From contig JANPFP010000152.1 in assembly GCA_031423495.1 (NCBI GenBank), positions 2,168 to 66,167 of the forward strand: a DNA stretch of 64,000 nucleotides. The letters are read 5' to 3'. The stretch's first letter is position 1, and every line of letters begins with the position of its first letter. The position numbers and the translations under genes were made by a program. Under the pieces are notes generated by a model that worked only from the letters and a program-made list of their open reading frames with translations, had not been told where the DNA came from and did no database searches. This DNA comes from Acidobacteriota bacterium. Its GTDB lineage: Bacteria > Acidobacteriota > Blastocatellia > RBC074. Of this stretch, positions 9,323 through 19,186 are shown piece by piece.

Positions 9323-9508
9323 TTAGCCTCTTGTTGCGGCAGATGATACAAATCCCAACGTAATTGCAGATTCATCCAGAAGTCGGCAGAAGGGGAGCAT
9401 CACGGCGGCGGCGAGTTCCCGGTTGGTGAGTCCGAGCGGTTCAAGAAACTCAGTTTGTAACATCTCGCCTGGGTGCGTAGGCGCGCGATGGGTTGGAAAG
9501 CGAATCAT
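9323..9508 (-). pseudogene. higA: Truncated HigA-family addiction-module antidote
   Basis: MIRFPTHRAPTHPGEMLQTEFLEPLGLTNRELA is the typical HigA N-terminus. Similarity is lost mid-HTH near 9380, where AT-rich DNA begins, and the frame stops at 61 aa. Confidence 0.75.
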
Positions 9509-9511
9509 CGT

Positions 9512-12500
9512 TTACTCCTTCGTAATCACTTCATCCAAATTCAAAATTGTACTCGCCACCATCGTCCACGCCGCCAACTCAATCTTATCTATCTTTGCAT
9601 CCAGCGCAGATTCGCCGACTTTCAACAGCGCATCCGCAGCCGTCGGATTTGCGCGATAGGCAGCGAGTTGTTGTGTTACGAGTCCGCGCAGCACCGCCAA
9701 TTCGTTCGCCGTCGGCTTGCGTGACGTAGCCAGTTTGAAAGCAAACCCTAGACGCATATCCATCGTCTTGCCGCCGTCGCGCAACGTCCTCGTAGCCAGT
9801 GCGCGCGCGGCTTCGACATAAGTCGGATCATTCATCGTAATCAACGCTTGCAGCGGCGTATTCGTTAGGGGGCGGCGTCCGGTGCATTTCTCGCGGTCGG
9901 GCGCGTCGAACGAAGCCAAGGTGGGCGGGGGGACGGTGCGCTTCCAGAACGTATACATCGTGCGGCGATAGAGGTCTGCGCCGTGAGCTTGCGTGTAAGC
10001 CTGTTCGGTGAATCCGTCGCCGAACGCCATTTCTTCCCACAGCCCTGACGGGTGATAGGGCTTGACGCTTGCGCCGCCGATAGTTTGATTGAGCAAGCCG
10101 CTCACCGCCAGCGCGTTGTCGCGTACCAATTCCGCCGCCAAGCGAAAGCGCGGGCCGCGCGCGAGCAGGCGGTTTTCGGGGTCGCGTTCGCGCAAGGTGG
10201 GCGTAACTTTTGACGACTGGCGATAAGTTGCTGACGTTACGATCAGGCGTTGCATGGCTTTCACGTCCCAGCCGGTGCGGATGAATTCGGTCGCCAGCCA
10301 ATCGAGCAACGCGGGGTTGGACGGGGCTTCGCCTTGCGCGCCGAAATCTTCGGTGGTTTTAACGAGGCCGGTGCCGAAATACATAAACCAGTAACGATTG
10401 ACCGTGACGCGCGCCGTCAGCGGATGCGACGGATCAACCAACCAGCGCGCCAGATCGAGCCGCGTGGCGCGTTCGGGTTTCGCGGTTTTGAGTGCAGGCA
10501 ATACGGCGGGTGTTGCGGCGAATACCTTGTCAGTCTTGTTGCGGTAATCGCCGCGCGCCAGCAAAAACGTATCGCGCGGTTTGTCGAGTTCTTTCATCAC
10601 CATCGTGTTGACGATGGTTTCTTCAAAGGCGGTGCGCTCTTTCTTCAGGCGTTTGAGTTCGAGGTGCTGTTGCTTGATCTCGTGGCTGGCGATGTAAGTC
10701 AGGAAGTGTTCGCGCAAACGTTCGATTTCTTCTTTGGTGCGCTTGCCGCTGACGCCGGAAAGGATCGTTTGAATCGGATAGTTCACCGCCAGTTCGTAAG
10801 CCTCGCGCGCTTCGAGTGGACGGCTATACAAGCGCAAATCGTCAAGCGATCCGTTGTAGCCTTTGTTGGCGATTTTGGTTCCGATGACGAGTTCGCCTTG
10901 GTTGGCGAAATCGCCCGCGAGCGCGTCGCGTTCGACGATGAGTTCGGCGAGCTTGCCGTCGAGATATACGTGCAGCCCAGCGGCTTTGCCTGAGCCGTCA
11001 TAGGCCAGCGTCACGTGCCGGTAATCGTTGCTGTAAAACGGTTCTTTCGTACGCAGGATGATTGCGTCGTTCGGCCAGTTCGCTGTCAAGCGAATCGTCA
11101 GCGGAGCCGCCCAACGCTGTATGTCGTAAAGAAAAGTTTTTTGAAACAGCAACTCAACGCCGCGCCGCGTGGTTTCGTCAGCGATTTGTTGCAAGCCGTA
11201 AACATCCGGCTTGGCGAAACTGGGACGCATCCAGACGGCGAGCGTGAAAGGCTGCGCGCGTTTGAAAATCGGTTGATTGCCAAAGCCGACTTCGGTTTGC
11301 GCGTCAAACGAAAGCTGACGGCTGATCATTCCGTTGGTGAAGGCAGGGTCGCCTTTGACGGTGCGCGCGTTCAGGTAACGTCCTGACGAATCGGCGAGGC
11401 TGCCGTCAAAGTCGTAATGCACGAGCAAGTCTTTCGTCGTGGTCGTGGCGCGTTGGCCGAGCAGCGGCTTTTCCCAAGCGGTTTGCAGCGGCGCGAGGTT
11501 TTTGTCTGACAGAGCGTCTTCGAGCGTGGCGATAGCTTGTTTGAGTTCAGCCTGTTTGGTCTTTTGCGTTTCAGTCGGCAGCGGCAACAGCGGTACGGCG
11601 TTGCCTTTGCGTCCGTCGAGTCCGACTTCGGCTACGTTATTGAAGAAGGCGAAGAATTGATAAAACTCTTTGTGCGAAATCGGGTCGTATTTATGCGTAT
11701 GGCAACGCGCGCAACCCATCGTCAGGCCGAGCCAGGTGTTGGCCGTCGTCTCGACGCGATCAATGACGTATTCAGTTTGATACTCATCAGGAATCGCTCC
11801 GCCCTCAAAGTTAATCATGTGGTTGCGATTGAAACCCGACGCGATGCGTTGTTCGAGCGAAGCATTTGGCAGCAGGTCGCCCGCCAACTGTTCAATGGTG
11901 AATTGATCGAAGCGTTGATTCGAGTTAAACGCCTTAATCGCCCAATCGCGCCACGGCCACATCACGCGATGCGAATCAATGTGAAAGCCATGTGTATCGG
12001 CATAACGCGCCAGATCAAGCCATTGCATCGCCATGCGTTCGCCGTAGTGTTGATTGGCGAGCAAACGGTCTACGAGTTTTTCATAAGCGTCAGGCGCTTT
12101 GTCATTAACGAATGCGTCAACTTCAGCGGGCGTCGGCGGCAGGCCAGTCAAATCAAGTGCGACACGGCGGATGAGTGTCGCGCGGTCGGCTTCGGGTGCA
12201 GGCTTCAATCCCTCTTTGTCCAAACGTGCCATCACAAAAGCATCAATCGAATTTTTCACCCAAGCGGCATTGCTGACTTGCGGCGCGTCAGGGCGTTGGG
12301 GCGCGACGAAAGCCCAGTGTTCGTTCCATTGCGCGCCTTCGTCAATCCAGCGTTTGACCGTAGCAATTTGCGCTTCGGTGAGTTTGTGTCCGGTTGACGG
12401 CGGCGGCATCACGGCGTTCGGATCGGTGTGGATGATGCGTTTATAGAGACGCGAATTGGCTGCGTCACCCGCGACGATGACGCCCGCTTTGGCGAAGGCT

Positions 12501-12703
12501 CCGTCTTTAGTGTCGAGCCGCAGTTTAGCTTTGCGTTGCTGTTCGTCAGGGCCGTGACAGGCGAAACAGTTATTCGACAAGATCGGTCGAATGTCGCGGT
12601 TGAAGTCAATTTTTGTGCTTTGCGCTTGCGGCCCGCGAGCGAAAAAAGCGCCGATGAATAAAGCGGTAGCAAACAGGATTGCCCGTTGAAAGTTGCGCGT
12701 CAT
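9512..12703 (-). CDS. PSD1/planctomycete cytochrome c domain protein (PSCyt1 + DUF1549 + LamG-like + DUF1553)
   Basis: ATG at 12703. DFNRDIRPILSNNCFACHGPD, WLDLARYADTHG, GCARCHTHKYDP, a LamG-like insert, HPLTARVTVNRYW and TPLQALITMN. Confidence 0.92.
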   Translation of the reverse strand: MTRNFQRAILFATALFIGAFFARGPQAQSTKIDFNRDIRPILSNNCFACHGPDEQQRKAKLRLDTKDGAFAKAGVIVAGDAANSRLYKRIIHTDPNAVMPPPSTGHKLTEAQIATVKRWIDEGAQWNEHWAFVAPQRPDAPQVSNAAWVKNSIDAFVMARLDKEGLKPAPEADRATLIRRVALDLTGLPPTPAEVDAFVNDKAPDAYEKLVDRLLANQHYGERMAMQWLDLARYADTHGFHIDSHRVMWPWRDWAIKAFNSNQRFDQFTIEQLAGDLLPNASLEQRIASGFNRNHMINFEGGAIPDEYQTEYVIDRVETTANTWLGLTMGCARCHTHKYDPISHKEFYQFFAFFNNVAEVGLDGRKGNAVPLLPLPTETQKTKQAELKQAIATLEDALSDKNLAPLQTAWEKPLLGQRATTTTKDLLVHYDFDGSLADSSGRYLNARTVKGDPAFTNGMISRQLSFDAQTEVGFGNQPIFKRAQPFTLAVWMRPSFAKPDVYGLQQIADETTRRGVELLFQKTFLYDIQRWAAPLTIRLTANWPNDAIILRTKEPFYSNDYRHVTLAYDGSGKAAGLHVYLDGKLAELIVERDALAGDFANQGELVIGTKIANKGYNGSLDDLRLYSRPLEAREAYELAVNYPIQTILSGVSGKRTKEEIERLREHFLTYIASHEIKQQHLELKRLKKERTAFEETIVNTMVMKELDKPRDTFLLARGDYRNKTDKVFAATPAVLPALKTAKPERATRLDLARWLVDPSHPLTARVTVNRYWFMYFGTGLVKTTEDFGAQGEAPSNPALLDWLATEFIRTGWDVKAMQRLIVTSATYRQSSKVTPTLRERDPENRLLARGPRFRLAAELVRDNALAVSGLLNQTIGGASVKPYHPSGLWEEMAFGDGFTEQAYTQAHGADLYRRTMYTFWKRTVPPPTLASFDAPDREKCTGRRPLTNTPLQALITMNDPTYVEAARALATRTLRDGGKTMDMRLGFAFKLATSRKPTANELAVLRGLVTQQLAAYRANPTAADALLKVGESALDAKIDKIELAAWTMVASTILNLDEVITKE

Positions 12704-12779
12704 TGTGGTGATTTCCTTTGGGTTAAAGTTGACGCGGTGGATGGTACAGAAGGCTGGCGGGCTTTGTCTATGTGCGGAA

Positions 12780-12887
12780 AGTACAGCAACCTTTCTAGGT
12801 TGCTGGGGCATTCATCAGCGAACGTTTCGCCTCAGCGCGCAAGGCTCGCATTACCAAGCCACAGCAACCTGGAAAGGTTGCTGTACT
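12780..12887. repeat. REP-like inverted pair, family GTACAGCAACCTTTCCAGGTTGCTG
   Basis: Two palindromic units in inverted orientation (12781-12805 and 12862-12887). The same family occurs at 28184-28266. Confidence 0.8.
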
Positions 12888-12917
12888 CTGCTCACAAAAT
12901 GGCGGAAGTGGTTGACG

Positions 12918-12972
12918 GAGGAGTTATGGGAAGGTGAGCAATCCTATAGCTCCCATAACTCCCATAACTCCT
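12918..12972. repeat. Short tandem 9-mer (CCCATAACT) hairpin at the 3' end of the TonB receptor gene
   Basis: GGAGTTATGGGA followed by TCCCATAACTCCCATAACTCC. Confidence 0.6.
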
Positions 12973-12984
12973 ATGATCGTTCTG

Positions 12985-15750
12985 CTAAAAGCTAAACCGT
13001 AAGCCGATTTCTAATTGCCGCGCACCCGACGCGCTGTTGGCCTGACCGAAGTAAGGCGAACTCAGCACGCCGCTATAAGCTCCGTAATTCACGCGATTGA
13101 GTACGTTGGTGATTTGCGCCGACAACGACAGGTTGAAACGTCCGGTTTCACTGCCTCCGCCGAACATTCCGCCACCGCCTCCGCGCATCCCACCACCACG
13201 CGGGCCGCCTTGCTGTTCCGGGGCTGCGGCAGACGTTTTGCGTTCGCCAAAGCTGAACGTTTTGGCAAAGCTCATATTTACGTTGAATGCGCCAGGGCCG
13301 TTCGCGTTGACGCCGTTCGGATAGAGCGAATAAGAGCTTGGTAACAGATTGCCGTTGCGCGTCAGACCGAAGGGGCGGTCGTTGATTTCGGTGTCGCCGT
13401 TGTCGTCCTTGCCCGTAGTGATGTTGAAAGGCGAACCCGACGAAGCCGTCACGAAAGGCGACAGGCGAATGCCTTTGGGCAGATTGATCGTACCGCCGAC
13501 GAACAAGGTATGACGGCGATCCATCTGTGAACGTCCCCATTCCGAACTCAAGTCGTAATTGTTCATCGGTACGCTCAAGGCGTTATCTGAATCGCTCATC
13601 GTGCGCGACAACGTGTAATTGCTGAACACCTGAAACGTCTTGCCCATCCGCCGTTGCAAACCGAACATCAGGCCGTGCGATTGCGAGAGCGCCGAAGATT
13701 CAATCTGATAAATGTTGCCTTGCGTCGCGTCAGGGCGAATGCCATCGAGCGGCGCGTTGATGTTGCGCGAACGGAATTGGTGAATGCCGCGATTGAACAT
13801 ATAGGTCGTAGTGGCTACGAAACCCAGTGGCAGTTGGCGTTCGACCGAAGCGTTGAAATTCACCGAATAAGGCGCAGCCAGTTGCGAGTCGAGCGTGCGG
13901 CGAATCGTGCGTGCCGTGCTGATCGTCGCGTCTTCAGCTAAAGCATTCGACCACGCGGGATTGCGAATGATAAAGCTCTGTTGCCGCGTACCGTCAAAAC
14001 GCAGCACGTTGCTATAAAGGTTGTCGGTCAGCCGCGAATAAAAGATGCCGCCGCCGATGCGCACCGTCGTCGTGCGGCTCTTGCCAGGCGACCAAGCCAA
14101 TCCGATGCGCGGCGCGAAATTGTTCGCGTCGCTAAGTTGCGATTGAAACTCGTGGCGCAAGCCCAGCGATAAAGTCAGGTTGGGTTTAACGCGCCAATCG
14201 TCCTGAATGAACGAAGCGCCTTGCAGTTGCGTGAACTGCAAACGCGGATTGCCCTGACTGATCGTGAATTGCGTAGGCCGAATCAAGTTGCCGTCGGCAT
14301 CACTTTCGCCGTTGATGACCGCGCGATATTGTTCGAGGCTGCTGAACGTATAAGTCCCGTTAAAATTGCTCGCGGTGTTGTCGTTGATGCTGTAACGCAT
14401 CAGTTGCGAGCCGCCCTTGATCGTGTGTTGTTTTTGCGTCCACGTCAGGTATTGCTGCCATTCGAGATTGTTTTCCTGCGTCGTGCTGGGGCAGCAAGTT
14501 GCGCCGCCGCCGTTGAAAGCGTCCAACACGTTGATGGCTACGCCCGTTGAATCCGCTGTCGTACTGCGGCTTTCACGGATGAAGCGCAGGCGCGTTTCCA
14601 TAATCAGTTTCGGATTGATAATCATCGTCTCGCCCAGTTGCAACGTTTGATTCACGCTGTCGGCATTCGAGCCGCGTTCGGGCAAAAGATAACTGTTGCC
14701 GCTCACCCCTCCACCAAAACCACCGCCGCCGAATCCGCCGCCGCCGAAGCGCGCCGCGAATTCACGATTGATCGAACTGTTGCCGAAACGGTTGTAACTC
14801 ACGTTCAGCGTATTCTTGTCGTTCAATAGATAGTCAGTGCGCAGATTGAAAAAAGTGCTGGTGTTAGGCGCGTTGACGTTGGCGGTGAACGTGCCGTCCA
14901 GCGTACGCGCGACGATGTTGTTGCTGCCTTCGAGCGCGCGACGTTCGGCGTTCGCAAAGAACGACATCTTCTTGGCGATTACGGGTCCGCTCAGGTTGAA
15001 CTGAAAGCGGTTCTGATTGAGTTCGGGTTTGGTGGTGGCAAAAGCGTTGCGCGCGTCGAGCGATGAGTTGCGCAAGTTGAATCCGACTGAACCGCGCCAT
15101 TGATCGCGTCCGGGTTTGGTGATGATCTCTACGCGGTTATTGCCGGGTTGCGAATATTCAGCGGTGAACGGATTTTGATTCACGCGAATTTGCATAATCG
15201 CTTCGCGCGGAGGCAGCCGTCCGCCGGTGAAACCGTCTACGATAACTTGCGCGTTTTGTCCGCCCGCCAGACCTTGCAGGAAACTCTGCATATCTTCTTC
15301 GTTGTCGGGCACGATGGCTTGAATGGTTGCTTCATCCAACACGGTCGCGTTGAGATTCTTGGTCGGGTCAGTCGTGTCTTGCGGGTCTTCGGCTGAGATG
15401 GTTGTGACGATATTCATCTCGGCGACTTTCAACACGACCTTGAGCGGCGCGGCATTCGCGGCCAGTTGTAAGCCGCTTTGCAGATAAGGCGTGAAGCCGT
15501 CGTAAGCTGCGGTAACTTGATAAACGCCAGCGGTGAGTTGCGGTAAAGCGAATGCGCCATCAGCGCCGCTCGTGACCGTGCGCGTTTTGCCGTCAGCGCC
15601 CGTGAGCGTAACAATCGCGCCCGGAATCACGGCGTCGGTTTCGTCTACGACTGAGCCGCGCAGGGTGAAAGCGGTCTGCGCTGCGACAAGTAAGTTGAGG
15701 GAAAGCATTCCCAGCAAAGCAAAGCAAATAGTTTGAAGATTCTTTTTCAT
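12985..15750 (-). CDS. TonB-dependent receptor-like outer membrane protein with carboxypeptidase-regulatory N-terminal domain
   Basis: Signal peptide, GSVVDETDAVIPGAIVTL, NPFTAEYSQPG plug motif, GGG-rich loops and a C-terminal ...LRFSF. Confidence 0.88.
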   Translation of the reverse strand: MKKNLQTICFALLGMLSLNLLVAAQTAFTLRGSVVDETDAVIPGAIVTLTGADGKTRTVTSGADGAFALPQLTAGVYQVTAAYDGFTPYLQSGLQLAANAAPLKVVLKVAEMNIVTTISAEDPQDTTDPTKNLNATVLDEATIQAIVPDNEEDMQSFLQGLAGGQNAQVIVDGFTGGRLPPREAIMQIRVNQNPFTAEYSQPGNNRVEIITKPGRDQWRGSVGFNLRNSSLDARNAFATTKPELNQNRFQFNLSGPVIAKKMSFFANAERRALEGSNNIVARTLDGTFTANVNAPNTSTFFNLRTDYLLNDKNTLNVSYNRFGNSSINREFAARFGGGGFGGGGFGGGVSGNSYLLPERGSNADSVNQTLQLGETMIINPKLIMETRLRFIRESRSTTADSTGVAINVLDAFNGGGATCCPSTTQENNLEWQQYLTWTQKQHTIKGGSQLMRYSINDNTASNFNGTYTFSSLEQYRAVINGESDADGNLIRPTQFTISQGNPRLQFTQLQGASFIQDDWRVKPNLTLSLGLRHEFQSQLSDANNFAPRIGLAWSPGKSRTTTVRIGGGIFYSRLTDNLYSNVLRFDGTRQQSFIIRNPAWSNALAEDATISTARTIRRTLDSQLAAPYSVNFNASVERQLPLGFVATTTYMFNRGIHQFRSRNINAPLDGIRPDATQGNIYQIESSALSQSHGLMFGLQRRMGKTFQVFSNYTLSRTMSDSDNALSVPMNNYDLSSEWGRSQMDRRHTLFVGGTINLPKGIRLSPFVTASSGSPFNITTGKDDNGDTEINDRPFGLTRNGNLLPSSYSLYPNGVNANGPGAFNVNMSFAKTFSFGERKTSAAAPEQQGGPRGGGMRGGGGGMFGGGSETGRFNLSLSAQITNVLNRVNYGAYSGVLSSPYFGQANSASGARQLEIGLRFSF

Positions 15751-15865
15751 AATGACCTCTGCGCGACTTGTGACCCGATTCGTGAATTGATGCGAACCGA
15801 ACTGTCCTCATCTGTGAAGCAAGATGCCTGAATTCGCGGCGCAGGTGTTAAAGCTGAGGCAAACA

Positions 15866-15944
15866 GTTTGTAAGGTTTGTAAATTCGCGTGGCTTGCGGA
15901 AGCGAAAGGTCATGACGAAGCAAAGAGTTTGTAAAGTTTGTAAG
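15866..15944. promoter_or_regulatory. Two tandem direct-repeat boxes (GTTTGTAAG-GTTTGTAAA) in the divergent promoter region
   Basis: gtttgtaaggtttgtaaa at 15866-15883 and gtttgtaaagtttgtaag at 15927-15944. Candidate response-regulator sites (inference). Confidence 0.45.
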
Positions 15945-16024
15945 GTGGGCTAGGCAAGGGCGAGATTGTCCTTATAATTCGCGGCAAAGAGTTGGTAATG
16001 GATACTAAAGAAGGGAACTGAAAA

Positions 16025-16327
16025 ATGAACAGTGAAGACTTGACCCAACAATTACCCGACAGCCCGAACGACCGCGAACTATTGTTAGAACTGCGCGCGG
16101 TAATGTTCACGGTCGTTGATCGAATCGGCGAACTCGAAAAGCGCACGAATCCATTGCCGCCCAATTTTGATGGGCGGTTCGCTGCGATGGAAAAGTTATT
16201 GGTTGAATTCAAAGCTGAAATGAAAACCGAACTTCGCATGATTCGTGAAGACATGCGCAATGAACAGAGGGCACGCCATCAGTCTGAAGAACGGTTGGAA
16301 CGCCTGGAAGAAAGACTCGCAGCATAA
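16025..16327 (+). CDS. Hypothetical coiled-coil protein
   Basis: 100 aa ORF with an ATG start, a heptad-rich helical sequence, and a position directly upstream of the kinase gene. Confidence 0.65.
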   Translation: MNSEDLTQQLPDSPNDRELLLELRAVMFTVVDRIGELEKRTNPLPPNFDGRFAAMEKLLVEFKAEMKTELRMIREDMRNEQRARHQSEERLERLEERLAA

Positions 16328-16340
16328 GCCGCCAAAGCTA

Positions 16341-18116
16341 ATGGATATGAACGAACGCTGGCGCAGACGCGCAACCATCATCGTGATCGTCATTATGGCG
16401 TTGCTGTTGCCGACGCTGGCGGTATTGCAATACCGCTGGTTGTCGCAACTCAGCGAACGCGAACGCGGTTATTTGCGCGCGAACATGCGCGGGATGGCGT
16501 TTCGTTTCAGTCAGGATTTGGATAACGAATTGACTGGCGTCTTTGCGGCGCTATTCACCGCTGCGCCGCCGATTGCCGAAGCCCAGCCACCCACGAGTTC
16601 AGAAGACTTGTTGCCGCTTTACGCCGAACGTTATGCGCGCTGGCAGGCCGAAGCCGAGCATTCACAATTGATCGGCGAAATTTATGTGTTACGTGCTGAC
16701 GCAAAGCCTGCGTTGTGGCAATTGCAAACGAATGAAAAGAAGTTCGCGCCCTGCGAATGGCCTGCGGCATTGAGTTCGTTGCGCAATCAACTCGAAGCCA
16801 GCGCCGCGCAACCGCGCAGCGAGTTCGCTGATGAATTGCGCAATCGTCCGTTGCTTACTTTGAATGATGAACGGCTCGCGTTTGTACAGCGCGTGATGCT
16901 GCCGCCGCGTCGCACGGGTGGTGGACAAGTGACGCTGTTGCCACCCGCCGGATATTTCATCGTGACGTTGAGTCTGCCCGTCTTGCAGCAAAGCGTATTG
17001 CCCAAGCTGGCTCAACAGCATTTCGGCAGCGTCGAAAGTTTTAGCGGAACCATCGTCACGCAAACGCCCGAACACCAGCAGGTTTATCAAATTGGTGCGC
17101 CACACGACGCTTTAGCCGAACCGGATGTGACGGCTGATCTGTTGGGCTTACGCCGTCAGGAATTCCGCCGCATTCTCAATAGCCGTGCGCCCGACGATGC
17201 TCCGCGTGGGATGCGCAACATCAACGACGAACAGCGTCTGTGGCAATTGCGGCTGAGTTATCGTGCCGGTTCACTTGATGCGATTGTGGGTTCGTTGCGC
17301 CGCCGCAATCTCGCGGTGAATTTCGGCATCCTTGCGCTGCTCGCGGCCAGCGTAGCCTTGCTGTTGCTTTCCGCCCGTCGCGCGCAACGGCTGGCGACGC
17401 AGCAAATGGATTTCGTCGCCAGCGTTTCGCACGAATTACGCACTCCGCTCGCCGTCATCAAATCAGCCGCGTGGAGCCTGCAACGCGGCGTCGCGCGCGA
17501 ACCCGAACAGATCAAGCAATACAGCGGATTGATCGGCAAAGAGTCTGACCGCTTGATTGAGATGATCGAACAGATTCTTGAATTTGCCGGAGCCGACCGG
17601 CGCAAATACGAACTGCAACCGACGAGCGTCAACGAACTCATCGAGAACGTCATCGGTGCTGCGCAACCGTTGATTGCCGAAGGCAGCTTTGAACTTGAAT
17701 TGAATGTAGCGCCGCGCTTGCCTGACATCGCCGCCGATTCCGCCGCGCTCGCGCGTGCTTTGCGCAACCTGATTGATAACGCGATGAAATACGGCGGCGA
17801 CGCGCGCTGGTTGAGCGTGACGGCGCAAAGAGAGAAATCTGAAATTCAAATCACCGTGCGCGATCGTGGCTTGGGCATCCCGGCTGATGAACTCAAAAAC
17901 ATTTTCGAGCCATTCTGGCGCGGCGCTGAAGCAACTTCGTCGCAAATTCGCGGCAACGGCTTGGGGTTAAATTTGGTGTGTACCATCGTGCAAGCGCACG
18001 GCGGGCGCGTCAGTGTCGAAAGCAAAGTCGGACAAGGCAGCGCCTTCACCCTGCACCTTCCAGCTCTAACCGAACCTGTAGCTCAAACCACGGTTGTTGC
18101 GGTCGAAAGCATGTAG
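16341..18116 (+). CDS. Sensor histidine kinase (HisKA + HATPase_c)
   Basis: Two TM segments, H-box VSHELRTPL, N-box NLIDNAMKY, DRGLGI and GNGLGL. Likely start MDMNER at 16341. Confidence 0.93.
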   Translation: MDMNERWRRRATIIVIVIMALLLPTLAVLQYRWLSQLSERERGYLRANMRGMAFRFSQDLDNELTGVFAALFTAAPPIAEAQPPTSSEDLLPLYAERYARWQAEAEHSQLIGEIYVLRADAKPALWQLQTNEKKFAPCEWPAALSSLRNQLEASAAQPRSEFADELRNRPLLTLNDERLAFVQRVMLPPRRTGGGQVTLLPPAGYFIVTLSLPVLQQSVLPKLAQQHFGSVESFSGTIVTQTPEHQQVYQIGAPHDALAEPDVTADLLGLRRQEFRRILNSRAPDDAPRGMRNINDEQRLWQLRLSYRAGSLDAIVGSLRRRNLAVNFGILALLAASVALLLLSARRAQRLATQQMDFVASVSHELRTPLAVIKSAAWSLQRGVAREPEQIKQYSGLIGKESDRLIEMIEQILEFAGADRRKYELQPTSVNELIENVIGAAQPLIAEGSFELELNVAPRLPDIAADSAALARALRNLIDNAMKYGGDARWLSVTAQREKSEIQITVRDRGLGIPADELKNIFEPFWRGAEATSSQIRGNGLGLNLVCTIVQAHGGRVSVESKVGQGSAFTLHLPALTEPVAQTTVVAVESM

Positions 18117-18180
18117 TACCGCCTTTCAGGCGAAATGACTCGCGCAATCAATACATTCCGCCTGGAAGGCGGTACTACAT
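18111..18180. repeat. REP-like inverted pair, family GTAGTACCGCCTTCAGGCGG
   Basis: atgtagtaccgcctttcaggcg ... ccgcctggaaggcggtactacat. The kinase stop codon TAG lies inside it. Sister copies at 23733 and 51163. Confidence 0.85.
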
Positions 18181-18186
18181 ACTTTT

Positions 18187-18873
18187 ATGAATCAACGTAT
18201 CTTACTGGTCGAAGACGACCCCGGCCTTTCGCTAATCGTGTCAGACGTATTGCGCAGCGAAGGTTACGCCGTCGAAACCGCTGCCGACGGCGAACGCGGT
18301 TTGCAACTGGCGACCAGCGAACATTTCGATCTGTTGATTCTCGACGTGGGGCTGCCGAAGAAAAACGGCTTCGATGTGTTGCGTGACTTGCGGCAACGGG
18401 GAACTACGACGCCCGCGATGATGCTGACGGCGCGCGGCCAAACGATAGATAAAATTCTCGGCCTCAAACTCGGCGCCGATGATTACCTGACCAAGCCCTT
18501 CGATACCGGCGAACTGCTCGCGCGCCTCGAAGCCATTTTGCGCCGCGCGCCCGCAGCGGCTGCGCCCGAAGCCGATGTTTATGTCTTCGGTGACGTGCGC
18601 GTAGACTTTCGCCGTGCCATCGTCACGCGCGCGAACGACGCCATCGAACTCACGGCGCGCGAATACCAATTGCTGCGTTATCTAATTGAGCACCGCGATA
18701 CGGTTTTATCGCGCGATGACTTGTTGAATGAAGTGTGGGGTTACGACGCGATGCCGAATACGCGCACGGTTGACGTACACGTCGGTCTGCTGCGGCAAAA
18801 GCTCGAACCGAACATACGCCAGCCGCAATATATCTTGACGGTGCATGGCATGGGCTATCGCTTTGTCGGTTGA
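18187..18873 (+). CDS. OmpR/PhoB-family response regulator
   Basis: RILLVEDD, LLILDVGLP, GADDYLTKPF, and a winged-helix C-terminus (RTVDVHV...TVHGMGYRF). Confidence 0.95.
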   Translation: MNQRILLVEDDPGLSLIVSDVLRSEGYAVETAADGERGLQLATSEHFDLLILDVGLPKKNGFDVLRDLRQRGTTTPAMMLTARGQTIDKILGLKLGADDYLTKPFDTGELLARLEAILRRAPAAAAPEADVYVFGDVRVDFRRAIVTRANDAIELTAREYQLLRYLIEHRDTVLSRDDLLNEVWGYDAMPNTRTVDVHVGLLRQKLEPNIRQPQYILTVHGMGYRFVG

Positions 18874-18875
18874 TA

Positions 18876-19021
18876 TGGAGTGCGGTCGGCTCGCCGCCGC
18901 TTTTCGTTCTAGCGCCAGACTTCCGCTTTAACTCGAACCGTTCGCAGAGAGTGAGACATTCGCTTGAACTCGAATCGTTCCCAAGCGAATGCTAAAGCGG
19001 CGTCAAACCGACCGCACTCCA
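18876..19021. repeat. REP-like inverted pair (TGGAGTGCGGTCGG ... CCGACCGCACTCCA)
   Basis: 14-bp perfect terminal inverted repeat with internal AAGCGGCG/CGCCGCTT pairing. Confidence 0.7.
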
Positions 19022-19113
19022 CATTCGTGTTTTGCCGGTTGACAGTCTTGCGAAGCGTTTGCTACTTTCCGCGTTCGTTTTCGGACGGGTACTCTTTATC
19101 AAGCAAACAACAC

Positions 19114-19186
<73 letters not shown>

